Shown here: positions 50,912 through 61,454 of the stretch, piece after piece
Position numbering within the stretch: position 1 is the stretch's first letter
Layout of the letters: every line of letters begins with the position of its first letter
Assembly (NCBI GenBank): GCA_052279835.1
Contig: CP181291.1
Location: 5,248,001-5,312,000, forward strand
From: Microcoleus sp.
Lineage (GTDB): Bacteria; Cyanobacteriota; Cyanobacteriia; Cyanobacteriales; Microcoleaceae
Direction: 5' to 3'
Length of the DNA stretch: 64,000 bases
Position numbers and translations under genes: made by a program
Notes under the pieces: generated by a model
Database searches by the model: none
Seen by the model: the letters and a program-made list of their open reading frames with translations, nothing else
Told to the model about the DNA's origin: nothing

Positions 50912-51379
50912 TTAGTCATCTCGAAAGCCTGGATCGTTTTGTCGGTCGGCCGGTCGGCTGGGTGCAGGTACGTTAATAGTTTGCGAGGGCCCAGAATTTG
51001 AGGATGAGATATTGCCCTCTCTGAATCCCAAGAGGTATTTAGCATCGGCAAAATATCTAGTCCACTGTTCGATTCTGGAATCTTTCTGCCACTGGTTGCG
51101 AGATACTCTCGATCGCAAAACAGGAACCATTCGTCTGCTGCGATCCGCTGTAACTATAATCGTCACCTCTGTCAATCCGGGATTGTTTTGGAACTCGCGG
51201 GCGATCGACTCTTTCGCTAAATCTTCCGCCTGCTGTACTAAACTGGCAAAAGATTGACTATCATCGGAATTTACTGTAAGATAGGTTTCCTTAGTTTCAG
51301 CCAAGGCGATCGATGTACTTGATGTAAAATTAATAGTGACTAGAATCAAGGCAGACAAAAGGAGACGGTAAAAACTCAT
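50912..51379 (-). CDS. Conserved secreted hypothetical protein
   Basis: Signal peptide; VPVLRSRVSRNQW...IEQWTRYF..AK.LLGF. Confidence 0.7.
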   Translation of the reverse strand: MSFYRLLLSALILVTINFTSSTSIALAETKETYLTVNSDDSQSFASLVQQAEDLAKESIAREFQNNPGLTEVTIIVTADRSRRMVPVLRSRVSRNQWQKDSRIEQWTRYFADAKYLLGFREGNISSSNSGPSQTINVPAPSRPADRQNDPGFRDD

Positions 51380-51579
51380 TAATTTGCAAATTAAACACTG
51401 ATACTTATCAAGTATAATCAACAAAGATTAAGCATAAATTAAGCTAAAATTAAAACAATTTGTTACAGAACCATCGAGACTTATATCAAATCCACTCTTC
51501 ATCAGACTTATTCATCTCCGTTATCTCCCTCTGCGTTCTCTGTGTTCTCTGCGGTTAAAATATTCCAATTCAAATTCCA

Positions 51580-52068
51580 ATGAAATCAACAAAATGCGCC
51601 ATCGCCCTCGGTAGCAACCTAGGGGACTCCCTCACAATTCTCAAAAGCGCGATCGAAACTCTAAACAACACCCCAGAAATAGAAGTAAAATCTCATTCAA
51701 GCTGGTATCAAACAGCCCCAGTCGGGCCACCACAACCCGATTACATCAACGCCTGTGCCATCCTAGAAGTTACCCTAGAACCAGAACAGTTACTATTAGC
51801 TTTATTAGAAATAGAAATAAAATTTAATCGAATTCGCCAAGAAAAATGGGGACCCAGAACCCTAGACCTAGATTTGCTGTTATATGATAATTTAGTCCTA
51901 GAAACTCCCACGCTGACTCTGCCTCACCCCCGAATGACCGAAAGAGCATTTGTATTAGTGCCTTTGGCAGAAATTGCCCCGGATTGGGTGCATCCGGTGA
52001 CACGAAGTGCGATCGCACAAATGGTCCAAACGGCAGATTCTTCGGGAATAGAAAAAATGATAGTCTAG
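51580..52068 (+). CDS. folK: Hydroxymethyldihydropterin pyrophosphokinase
   Basis: IALGSNLG, QPDYINA, WGPRTLDLDLL, LPHPRM.ERAFVL. Confidence 0.95.
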   Translation: MKSTKCAIALGSNLGDSLTILKSAIETLNNTPEIEVKSHSSWYQTAPVGPPQPDYINACAILEVTLEPEQLLLALLEIEIKFNRIRQEKWGPRTLDLDLLLYDNLVLETPTLTLPHPRMTERAFVLVPLAEIAPDWVHPVTRSAIAQMVQTADSSGIEKMIV

Positions 52069-52181
52069 AAAAGACACAAAACTAATTATCACTTCTCAAT
52101 TCCCAATTTCCCATGCCCATGCAACCGGATTTGATATGATGTCATAAATCAGTGTACTCTCAAATTATTCATTTGTTGCTT

Positions 52182-52730
52182 ATGTCGAGCGATCGAGAAC
52201 TACCCAAAGTCCTGAAACAACGCCTGTTTTACCAAGGACGCAAATTTAATTTTGACGTAGCTACTCTCCGGCTTCCCAACGGTGCCGAAGGCGAATGGGA
52301 ATGTATTCATCACCCAGGCGGAGCCCTAGCAGTACCAGTCACCCGCGAAGGTAAACTTGTCTTGGTGCGACAATATCGTTTTGCGGCTCAAGGGCGAATT
52401 TTAGAATTTCCCGCTGGTACAATAGAAGTTAATGAAAACCCCGCCGAAACTATTAAACGCGAAATCGAAGAAGAAACAGGATATCGCGCGGGTAAATGGC
52501 AAAAATTAGGGGAATTTTTGCTCGCCCCCGGTTATTCAGATGAAATCATTTATGCTTTTTTAGCCCTAGATTTGGAAAAGCTGGAGAAGCCACCAGCACA
52601 AGACGATGATGAAGACATGGAAACCGTTTTATTCACTCCTGAAGAATTAGAAACAGCGATTTTATCTGGGGAACCCATAGATGCAAAATCTATTTCTAGC
52701 TTCTTTTTAGCCCGTCCTTTTTTAAATTAA
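52182..52730 (+). CDS. NUDIX hydrolase, ADP-ribose pyrophosphatase-like
   Basis: EFPAGT...REIEEETGY, APGYSDE, DAKS. Confidence 0.9.
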   Translation: MSSDRELPKVLKQRLFYQGRKFNFDVATLRLPNGAEGEWECIHHPGGALAVPVTREGKLVLVRQYRFAAQGRILEFPAGTIEVNENPAETIKREIEEETGYRAGKWQKLGEFLLAPGYSDEIIYAFLALDLEKLEKPPAQDDDEDMETVLFTPEELETAILSGEPIDAKSISSFFLARPFLN

Positions 52731-52812
52731 AATGATTTGCTGACAATCTCGCGGATTGAGCCGTGGAGGTTGTTCTCAAACCTAAAATCTAAAATCTAAA
52801 ATCTAAAATCGA

Positions 52813-54264
52813 ATGTCTGATCTAATTTTATTTTGGCATCGCCGAGATTTGCGTATTTGTGATAACATAGGACTAGCAGCAGCACGGCAACAAAGCCCGA
52901 AAGTAGTAGGTCTTTTCTGTCTCGATCGCCAACTCCTCAATCTTGATGACGTAGCCCCAGCCAGAGTCACATACATGATGGGATGTTTGCAAAAACTTCA
53001 GCAGAGTTACGCGGAATCGGGCAGTCAATTACTGATAATTCAAGATGAACCTAGTGAAGCCATCCCCAGATTAGCCACAGCTATAAATGCCAAAGCAGTA
53101 TTTTGGAACTGGGATGTGGAACCCTATGCAAAAAAACGTGATTTTGCAGTATCTAATGCCCTAGCACAAACAGGAATTCAAGTCAAAAATTTCTGGGATC
53201 AACTACTGCACGCGCCAGAGGAAATTCGCACAGGCACGGGAAATCCATATACTGTTTATACACCATTTTGGAAAAAATGGAACAGCCTACCCAAAACCCA
53301 ACCAGTAGAGACACTGCCCATCATTTCTTTAGAAGAAATGACAGGATTAACCGCAGCAGAAACAGAAATTGCACGCCAAGCAGGTGCAATGGAAATGTTG
53401 CCTAGCGCCAGAGACTTGGGCTTTATTTGGGAAAATCCCTTGTTAATAGAACCAGGAGAAAATCCAGCGCAACAAAAATTAGAAGAATTTTGTGATTTGG
53501 CAATTTACGAATATCAAGACCAACGTAATTTTCCCATAATTAATGGCACATCCCAACTCAGCCCTGCTCTCAAATTTGGTGCCATCGGCATTCGCACAGT
53601 TTGGCAAGCTACCCAGAGATTAATGGATAATTGCCCCAACGAAGAAGGGCAGAAAAATATCCGCACTTGGCAACAGGAATTAGCGTGGCGAGAATTTTAT
53701 CAACACGCGATGTATAATTTTCCTGAATTAGCAGATGGGCCCTACCGTCAACCCTTCAAAGACTTTCCTTGGGAAAATGATGAAAAACTTTTTCAAGCCT
53801 GGTGTAGAGGCAAAACTGGCTATCCGATTGTAGATGCGGCAATGCGGCAGTTGAATCAGACTGGTTGGATGCACAATCGGTGCCGGATGATAGTCGCTAG
53901 TTTCCTCACTAAAGATTTAATTATTAACTGGCAGTGGGGGGAAAAATACTTTATGCAAAAATTGATAGATGGCGACCTTTCTGCTAATAATGGTGGCTGG
54001 CAGTGGAGTGCATCGAGTGGTATGGACCCGAAGCCTTTACGCATATTTAATCCCGCGAGTCAAGCTCAAAAATTTGACCGGGAAGGTGAATATATTCGGC
54101 ACTGGGTTCCTGAATTGCGCAGAGTAGATACGAAACTTTTGCTAACGGGAAATATTTTGCCCTTAGAACGCAAATTTCTTCCTTATCCCGATCGCATCGT
54201 AGATCATAATCAGCAGCAGCGTAAGTTTAAGGAACTTTATAAACAGCAAAAAATAGTTGATTAG
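52813..54264 (+). CDS. phr: Class I CPD DNA photolyase
   Basis: [43 protein letters not shown]. Confidence 0.93.
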   Translation: MSDLILFWHRRDLRICDNIGLAAARQQSPKVVGLFCLDRQLLNLDDVAPARVTYMMGCLQKLQQSYAESGSQLLIIQDEPSEAIPRLATAINAKAVFWNWDVEPYAKKRDFAVSNALAQTGIQVKNFWDQLLHAPEEIRTGTGNPYTVYTPFWKKWNSLPKTQPVETLPIISLEEMTGLTAAETEIARQAGAMEMLPSARDLGFIWENPLLIEPGENPAQQKLEEFCDLAIYEYQDQRNFPIINGTSQLSPALKFGAIGIRTVWQATQRLMDNCPNEEGQKNIRTWQQELAWREFYQHAMYNFPELADGPYRQPFKDFPWENDEKLFQAWCRGKTGYPIVDAAMRQLNQTGWMHNRCRMIVASFLTKDLIINWQWGEKYFMQKLIDGDLSANNGGWQWSASSGMDPKPLRIFNPASQAQKFDREGEYIRHWVPELRRVDTKLLLTGNILPLERKFLPYPDRIVDHNQQQRKFKELYKQQKIVD

Positions 54265-54747
54265 TCAGTAGTCAGTAGTCAGTTAGATTTGGTCCTGACC
54301 CCACCGAATCTCCAAGTAGCTAATCCCATCCCTTGAGGTATCGACAGGTGAGCCATTCGTTGAGAGACGATACATGACTAATCTTTAAGATGCTTATTCT
54401 TCAGCATTGAGGTTGTTTGCGCCTCCACGTGTTTGGTTCGATCGCCCTGGTGTGACCAAGTGTCAAAAGATCTCCATATTACCCCGTTGTAAAAAACCTA
54501 CACCTGTCACCCCCTACCTCCCCAAGGGGGGATGGCGGATGGGACATTGGAATTAACACCAATAACCAATATTAAGTTTTGTAACAAATTGTTCGTCAAA
54601 TCCTCCTTGAACTCGATCGACCAAGAGGCAAAACCCACCGCTGCGGATTTCCAGGCAGAGGCAGAAAACGAGTATAAGCCTTGTGGAGTCTTGCACCTAG
54701 CTCACCCAACGATGCAAGTTAAACAACCACCATCTCACTCAAAAATC

Positions 54748-54803
54748 AATCCCGACTAAAAAAATCGGGTATGGTTGACGCACTAATTTCACCGTGGTAT
54801 TCT
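54748..54803 (+). promoter_or_regulatory. Rrf2/IscR-type palindrome next to a sigma70 promoter
   Basis: AATCCCGACTAAAAAAATCGGGTAT followed by TTGACG-N17-TATTCT. Confidence 0.55.
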
Positions 54804-54845
54804 GCGAAAAGAGTTAACAACATTGCAAAACTGGAGAGTTTAGCT

Positions 54846-56144
54846 ATGACCCAGGCGACCAGAACCCAATCGACAGCAGCAACCTTCACAGCCCTCAAGT
54901 GTAAAGAATGCGGCGAAGAATACGAACTTCAAGCAAAACACGTCTGCGATTGCTGTTTCGGGCCGCTAGAAGTCAAATACGATTACGATGCTATCCGCCG
55001 CACTGTTACCAGACAAACCATCGAAGCCGGACCAAACTCGATTTGGCGTTACCGCGCATTTCTGCCCGTCGCTACAGATAACGTGATCGATGTCGGCACC
55101 GGCATGACTCCTCTATTAAAATCGCACCGCCTAGCTCGTCGCCTGGGTCTAAAAAATCTTTATATTAAAAATGATGCGGTCAATATGCCCACTCTTAGCT
55201 TCAAAGATAGAGTGGTGTCCGTTGCCCTCAGTAGAGCGAGAGAATTAGGTTTCACAACAGTATCCTGTGCCAGCACTGGTAATTTAGCTAACTCTACGGC
55301 GGCGATCGCAGCCCACGCCGGACTCGACTGCGTAGTCTTCATCCCCTCCGACTTAGAAGCAGGCAAAGTCCTCGGCACCCTAATTTACAATCCAACCGTG
55401 ATGGCAGTTCACGGCAACTACGACCAAGTTAACCGCCTCTGCTGCGAAGTAGCCAATACACATGGCTGGGGATTTGTCAACATCAACTTGCGCCCCTACT
55501 ATTCCGAAGGCTCGAAAACCCTAGGCTACGAAGTGATCGAACAGCTTGGTTGGAAATTGCCCGATCACGTAGTTGCTCCCCTGGCTTCCGGTTCTTTGTT
55601 CACCAAAATTTACAAAGGCTTTAACGAATTCACCGAAGTCGGCTTAGTTGAAGGCAAGAAAGTCCGCTTCAGCGGTGCTCAAGCTGACGGCTGTTCCCCC
55701 ATCGCCCAAGCCTTCCGCGAAGGCCGCGATTTTGTTAAACCGGTGAAACCGAATACAATTGCTAAGTCGATCGCGATCGGCAATCCAGCAGACGGGATGT
55801 ACGCCCTCGACATCGCCCGCAAAACAGGTGGCAACATTGAATCCGTCAGCGACAGCGAAATCATCGAAGGCATGAAACTGCTAGCCGAAACCGAAGGCAT
55901 CTTCACCGAAACCGCAGGCGGCACCACCATCGCCGTCTTGAAGAAACTCGTAGAAGCAGGTAAAATCAACCCCGATGAAACCACCGTCGCCTACATCACC
56001 GGCAATGGCTTAAAAACCCAAGAAGCTGTCCAAGGCTACATCGGCGAACCCATCACCCTCGAACCAAAACTAGAAGCCTTCGAGCGCGCCCTAGAACGGG
56101 CTCGGACACTGGAACGCCTAGAATGGCAGCAAGTTTCGGTTTAA
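54846..56144 (+). CDS. thrC: Threonine-synthase-like PLP enzyme of the sulfur-carrier-associated type
   Basis: N-terminal CxxC...CxxC, PTLSFKDR, CASTGN, EGSKT, ITGNGLKT. Confidence 0.85.
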   Translation: MTQATRTQSTAATFTALKCKECGEEYELQAKHVCDCCFGPLEVKYDYDAIRRTVTRQTIEAGPNSIWRYRAFLPVATDNVIDVGTGMTPLLKSHRLARRLGLKNLYIKNDAVNMPTLSFKDRVVSVALSRARELGFTTVSCASTGNLANSTAAIAAHAGLDCVVFIPSDLEAGKVLGTLIYNPTVMAVHGNYDQVNRLCCEVANTHGWGFVNINLRPYYSEGSKTLGYEVIEQLGWKLPDHVVAPLASGSLFTKIYKGFNEFTEVGLVEGKKVRFSGAQADGCSPIAQAFREGRDFVKPVKPNTIAKSIAIGNPADGMYALDIARKTGGNIESVSDSEIIEGMKLLAETEGIFTETAGGTTIAVLKKLVEAGKINPDETTVAYITGNGLKTQEAVQGYIGEPITLEPKLEAFERALERARTLERLEWQQVSV

Positions 56145-56272
56145 TAAATAGTCATTAGTCATTAGTCATTGGTCATTAGTTATCAAGCTGTTGACTGTTG
56201 ACTGCTGACTGTTGACTGTTGACTGCTGACTAATGACTGCTGACTAATGACTACTGACTAAGGACTAAAAAA

Positions 56273-56548
56273 ATGAGTGTTAAAGTTTTAATTCCCACAC
56301 CACTGCAAAAATTCACCAACAATCAAGCCACAATAGAATGCGGTGGTGCAAACATTTCTGAACTGATTGAAGCCCTCGAAACAAATTGTCCCGGCATCAA
56401 AAAAAGCCTGTGCGACGAACAAGGAACACCTCGTAGATTTTTGAATTTCTACGTCAATGCTGAAGACATCCGGTTTTTGGAAGGTACCGAAACTGCTCTT
56501 AAAGATGGCGATGAAGTGAGTATTGTACCGGCAGTTGCTGGGGGTTGA
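56273..56548 (+). CDS. MoaD/CysO-type sulfur carrier protein
   Basis: IPTPL, FLNFYVN.EDIRFL, C-terminal PAVAGG. Confidence 0.9.
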   Translation: MSVKVLIPTPLQKFTNNQATIECGGANISELIEALETNCPGIKKSLCDEQGTPRRFLNFYVNAEDIRFLEGTETALKDGDEVSIVPAVAGG

Positions 56549-56731
56549 TTTTTTCACCGCCAAGAGATGCCCGATGGGCTTGAGATACCCGATTTGTTTA
56601 ACAAGTCGGGTATTCATCTCTCTCTTCTCTTCCTTCGCGTCCTACCCTACGGGAACGGCTTCGCCGAACGCGCCTTCGCGGTTAAATCATTCCGATACAA
56701 CCGGAATTGATATAAGGATTTGATAGAAACA

Positions 56732-56771
56732 AAACAGAAAGCCACAGGATACAACCTGTGGCTTTCTGTTT
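56732..56771 (-). terminator. Intrinsic terminator after rnj
   Basis: aaacagaaagccacagg-atacaa-cctgtggctttctgttt. Confidence 0.75.
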
Positions 56772-56779
56772 CTATCAAA

Positions 56780-58645
56780 CTAAGAAACTACGGAGGCTAC
56801 TTTTGCAGCAGTCCGAGGACGCCGACGACCTGTTACTTTATTTACAGGGGCTGGTACTGGCGATGGTACTGAAGATGCTAGTTTCGGTGCTTCAATGGAA
56901 AGCTGTTTTTGCACAGTTTCCGATCGCACTGCTTCTTCAGGAATTTGCATCAGGAATACCAGCATGGGATTGCTTTGCAATTCCCGTCGCAGCACTCGCG
57001 CAATTGCTTTTTCTATTTGTGTTTGCACTCCTACCCAGTCCACATCAACTTGTGAGTCAGCATTCGCCGCAGGTTTGACAAATTCTGACCAACGATCGCT
57101 CAAAATTGTTTCAATGGTTTGAGTGATTAGTCCGATCACCTCGGTGCGATCGGCTGATGTGACTACACCTTTCAAGTGTACTTCCGGCTTGGCCACTAAT
57201 TTGCCTTCCCAATTCAAAGCCGCCGCTACTGTTACCGCCCCATCTCCGGCTAACTGTTGGCGTTCCTTAAGCACGTTTGCTTTGACTACTCCCGATCGCG
57301 AAGAGTCTACTAATTCAATTCCTGAAGGCACTTTACCACCCACTCGCATCGAATTTTCGGTCAATTCTACAACATCGCCGTTGTCAATAATCACCATATT
57401 GCTAGCGGGAATGCCCATGCTTTGAGCTGTTTTTGAGTGCTGCACCAACATCCGGTGTTCCCCGTGCACGGGTAAGAAGAATTTGGGACGAGTCATGTTA
57501 ATCATTAACTTTTGGTCTTCTTGACAACCGTGTCCCGAAACGTGAATTCCCTTGTCGCGCCCGTAAACTACATTTGCGCCCAGCATCATCAATTTGTCGA
57601 TCGTATTTACCACTGCGATCGTATTTCCCGGAATCGGGTTAGCTGAGAAGATGACTGTATCGCCTTTTCTGATTTTCAGTTCGTGATGTTCCCCGTTAGC
57701 AATCCGAGTCATCGCCGCCATCGGTTCGCCTTGGGAACCTGTGGTTAAAATCAGTACCTTGTCATCTGGTAAATTGCGAATTTCTTTCAGGGGTTTGAAG
57801 ATACTATCTTCGCATTTGATGTAGCCTAGATTGCGGCAGTGAGCGATGACATTCAGCATCGATCGACCTACCACTCCTACATACCGATTGTTTTTCTTAG
57901 CTAGTTCTAAAACTATTTGCAATCGGTGTACTGAAGAAGCAAACGTCGTCACCATTACTCGTCCCGTTGCTTGAGCGATAATTCTGTCTAAATTCGGATA
58001 AACAGAACGTTCTGAAGCCGTAAAACCGGGAACTTCCGAGTTAGTGGAATCGCTAATCAAGCACAACACGCCTTTTTCGCCATACTCCGCCAGTTTTTGG
58101 AAGTCAAAATGCTCGCCGTCTACAGGAGTGTGGTCAATTTTAAAGTCTCCAGTGTGGATCAAAATTCCCACTGGGGTGTGAATCGCCACTGTGAAACTGT
58201 CGGCCATCGAGTGAGTGTTGCGAATATATTCGACTAAGAAATTCTTGCCAATTCTCACCATGTCGCGTGGTCTAACTGTCCTCAATTCTGTGCGGTGAGA
58301 AACTCCGGCTTCTTCTAATTTTCCGGCTAGCAAAGCCATAGCCAAACGCGGCCCGTAAATCACCGGAATTTCAAATTGTTTGAGGTGATAAGGGATACCG
58401 CCGATGTGGTCTTCGTGACCGTGAGTCACGATCATACCTTTAATTTTGTGGCTGTTTTCCCGCAGGTAAGTCATGTCTGGTAGGACAATATTTACCCCGT
58501 GCATTCCATCTGTCGGGAATGCTAAACCTGCATCCAAAAGAATTATTTCGTCTCCGTACTCGAATACACAAGTATTTTTACCGATTTCGTGGAGCCCGCC
58601 GAGGGGAATAACTTTTAGAGCCTGTCCAGTTGTATTTTTGATCAT
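56780..58645 (-). CDS. rnj: Ribonuclease J
   Basis: LGGLHEIGKN, THGHEDHIG, TGSQGEP, HVSGHG. Confidence 0.96.
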   Translation of the reverse strand: MIKNTTGQALKVIPLGGLHEIGKNTCVFEYGDEIILLDAGLAFPTDGMHGVNIVLPDMTYLRENSHKIKGMIVTHGHEDHIGGIPYHLKQFEIPVIYGPRLAMALLAGKLEEAGVSHRTELRTVRPRDMVRIGKNFLVEYIRNTHSMADSFTVAIHTPVGILIHTGDFKIDHTPVDGEHFDFQKLAEYGEKGVLCLISDSTNSEVPGFTASERSVYPNLDRIIAQATGRVMVTTFASSVHRLQIVLELAKKNNRYVGVVGRSMLNVIAHCRNLGYIKCEDSIFKPLKEIRNLPDDKVLILTTGSQGEPMAAMTRIANGEHHELKIRKGDTVIFSANPIPGNTIAVVNTIDKLMMLGANVVYGRDKGIHVSGHGCQEDQKLMINMTRPKFFLPVHGEHRMLVQHSKTAQSMGIPASNMVIIDNGDVVELTENSMRVGGKVPSGIELVDSSRSGVVKANVLKERQQLAGDGAVTVAAALNWEGKLVAKPEVHLKGVVTSADRTEVIGLITQTIETILSDRWSEFVKPAANADSQVDVDWVGVQTQIEKAIARVLRRELQSNPMLVFLMQIPEEAVRSETVQKQLSIEAPKLASSVPSPVPAPVNKVTGRRRPRTAAKVASVVS

Positions 58646-58907
58646 GCGTATCCTTTGTTAGTTTTTTGTTATTTGTCTGTTGACTGTTGTCTTGTGTTTT
58701 TTTTGTCTGCTGTTTATTGATGTGGGAGCTTTTTTCCTGATATTTTTGGAAAAATCTCCAGGGGTTTTGACTCTCCCTTACAGTCAGTTGTCTTGGGTCT
58801 TCAATCACCACTTCTTAGTTTTCAGCTAATAACTCATAGCTAATCACTAATGATTAATGACTAATCACAACCAATATTTAGTTTTCAGAAAACTCGTTCT
58901 CGCCTTT

Positions 58908-59801
58908 CTAGCTAGCTGATATCTGTGCTAACTGACTCAGTGCGTCCTTTAATTTTTGAGTCACCTCAACGGGCGGATCGCACAGGGGCGGACGGGTGGA
59001 ACCTACATCCCAGCCTTGAAGTTTAAGAGCTGTCTTGACTGGAATCGGATTTGTGGTGAGAAAAAGAGCTTTAAACAAGTCAAATAGTTGCAAGTGAATC
59101 TGGGTAGCGACTTGAACTTGGCCCTTCTCAAAAGCTTCGATCATCTGTTGTAGTTGCTCTCCTACCAGGTGGCTGGCTACGCTAACTACACCAGATGCTC
59201 CTACCGCCAGCATCGGCAATGTTAGGGAATCATCTCCAGAATAGATGGCAAATTCAGGGGATGTCAAGCGTCTAATTTGGCTGGCTTGATCTAAGTTGCC
59301 ACTTGCTTCTTTTACTGCTACAATGTTCGGTATTTCTGCCAATTGAGCCACTGTTTCCGGCAACATATTTTGGCCAGTGCGACCGGGGATGTTATATAAC
59401 ATTATAGGCAATTCTGGAGCAGATTGCGCGATCGCCCGAAAATGATTGTACAAACCTTCTTGTGGTGGCTTGTTGTAATAGGGCACCACCTGCAAGCAAC
59501 CGTCTAAACCGAGTTTAGCTGCTTTTTGTGTTGCTTCGATCGCCTCGCGAGTTGAATTCGATCCCGCTCCTGCTATGACTTTTGCTTTACCTGCTACCGC
59601 CTGCTGCACCACCTGAAATAACTCGTACTCCTCATCCCAAGTCATCGTGGGAGATTCGCCCGTTGTTCCGCACACTACCAAGCTATCCGTACCGCGATCG
59701 GCTAAATACACCGCCAACTGCTCTGCTACCGCATAGTTAACGCTGCCGTCTTCCTTAAACGGCGTAATCATTGCAGTCAGAACCCGTCCAAACTTTACCA
59801 C
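58908..59801 (-). CDS. dapA: 4-hydroxy-tetrahydrodipicolinate synthase
   Basis: [20 protein letters not shown]. Confidence 0.96.
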   Translation of the reverse strand: MVKFGRVLTAMITPFKEDGSVNYAVAEQLAVYLADRGTDSLVVCGTTGESPTMTWDEEYELFQVVQQAVAGKAKVIAGAGSNSTREAIEATQKAAKLGLDGCLQVVPYYNKPPQEGLYNHFRAIAQSAPELPIMLYNIPGRTGQNMLPETVAQLAEIPNIVAVKEASGNLDQASQIRRLTSPEFAIYSGDDSLTLPMLAVGASGVVSVASHLVGEQLQQMIEAFEKGQVQVATQIHLQLFDLFKALFLTTNPIPVKTALKLQGWDVGSTRPPLCDPPVEVTQKLKDALSQLAQISAS

Positions 59802-59915
59802 ACTTTCTCCGATTTTAGACTTGTGATTTTTGATTTGAAATTTTTGATTTTAGATGAAACGTTAATCTAAAATCCCTGCTGCTGCAAAACCTCTTACCTA
59901 TGGGGATAGTTCCCG

Positions 59916-60974
59916 CTACTTAGAAACCGCCGCCCGCTGGGTTTGCAGTAATTTTTTTGTGGCGAGCAACTCGGCTATCTGCACTGCATTTAAAGCCGCC
60001 CCTTTGCGAATTTGATCGCCACTTAGCCACATTTCCAACCCGCAGGGGTGAGAAATATCTTGGCGTATCCTGCCTACCAACACCTCATCCTTACCGCTAG
60101 CCTCTGCGGGCATCGGGAAATAATTCGCTTGCCAGTCTTCTACCAGCTTAACCCCTTTTGCCTGCTTTAAAATGTCTCTAGCCTCGATCGCACTAAAAGG
60201 CTCTGCAAATTCTAGATTAATCGCTTCCGAATGGGCCCGGAGTACGGGAACCCGAATACAAGTTGCAGAAATTTTGATTTCTTCAGTCCCAAATATTTTC
60301 CTAGTTTCGTTCACCATTTTCATCTCTTCCTCACAATACCCCAACTCGTTAATCGCGGTGTTGTGCGGAAACAAATTAAATGCTAGGGGGTAGGGAAATA
60401 TCTCCGTTTTGGGTGTTTCTCCCGCCAAAATTGCTCTGGCTTGAGCTTTCATTTCCTCCATTGCCCTAGCCCCTGCCCCGCTGGCAGACTGGTAAGTAGC
60501 TACCACTATGCGCTTGACTGGTCTCACTTGGTGAAGAGGCCAAACGGCCACTGCCATCAAAATCGTGGTGCAGTTGGGATTAGCAATGATACCTCTGTGA
60601 GACGCCACTGCTTCGGGATTAACTTCGGGAACCACTAGCGGTACCGTCGCATCCATACGGAAAGCGCTGGAATTGTCTATTACCACTGCTCCGGCTGCTA
60701 CTGCTTTCGGAGCCCAAAATTTGGAAGTAGACCCACCAGCCGAAGCCAGGACTAGATCTACATTATCAAAGGAGCGATCGGATACTGCCTCCACCGATAG
60801 CATGGAGCTACCAAAGGGCAGTTTTGCACCCGCAGAACGTTCCGAAGCCAGCAGCTTCAAATCTGCCAACGGAAAACTGCGACTGTGCAAGAGTTCTAGC
60901 AACTCCGCACCGACAGCACCCGTAGCACCTAAAATGGCAACTCGATAGGATTGAGACAAATTAGTTTCCTCCAC
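59916..60974 (-). CDS. asd: Aspartate-semialdehyde dehydrogenase
   Basis: GATGAVG, DNSSAFR, ANPNCTT, RKGAALN. Confidence 0.96.
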   Translation of the reverse strand: MEETNLSQSYRVAILGATGAVGAELLELLHSRSFPLADLKLLASERSAGAKLPFGSSMLSVEAVSDRSFDNVDLVLASAGGSTSKFWAPKAVAAGAVVIDNSSAFRMDATVPLVVPEVNPEAVASHRGIIANPNCTTILMAVAVWPLHQVRPVKRIVVATYQSASGAGARAMEEMKAQARAILAGETPKTEIFPYPLAFNLFPHNTAINELGYCEEEMKMVNETRKIFGTEEIKISATCIRVPVLRAHSEAINLEFAEPFSAIEARDILKQAKGVKLVEDWQANYFPMPAEASGKDEVLVGRIRQDISHPCGLEMWLSGDQIRKGAALNAVQIAELLATKKLLQTQRAAVSK

Positions 60975-61454
60975 AAATTAGATTGTAAGCGATCGAAATC
61001 TGGAATTTTAATAACCGCAATACTCAATATAAAACTTAATTAATCTTAGGCGACATCAGAATCGGTTAGGATGGCAAGGGTGCAGTTAACCGGACTTGCC
61101 ACTCCAGCCTCACGGCTGCGATCGGAATCGTAGCCATCGCTAGTTTAGCAAGGAATGAACTGCCCTGTGGCCATAACCACAAACAAATAGCCTATTGTTG
61201 ACTTTGAGACGCTTTTGTGGCGTAGCATTGACGTCTGAAGGCGATACGTGCTATTGTGCTTCGGCAATTAGTGTGTTGAACCTCCACAAAGTGTTCTGCT
61301 CCGCAAAACCTATGCACAACAATGATTGGCAGCCTCGTCAGGTATAGGTGTTTGTAGTTGTGCCAGTACGATTAAAAGCGTACAAACTTAAAATGCAGGC
61401 AAAGTCAGATTTGTATGTATTTTATATCACTATTGTTAAATATCAAAGAAGCCG

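Noticed and set aside
60975..61454. Long asd-tig spacer as a possible lysine riboswitch or ncRNA
   Set aside because: No recognisable conserved motif; compatible with divergent promoters
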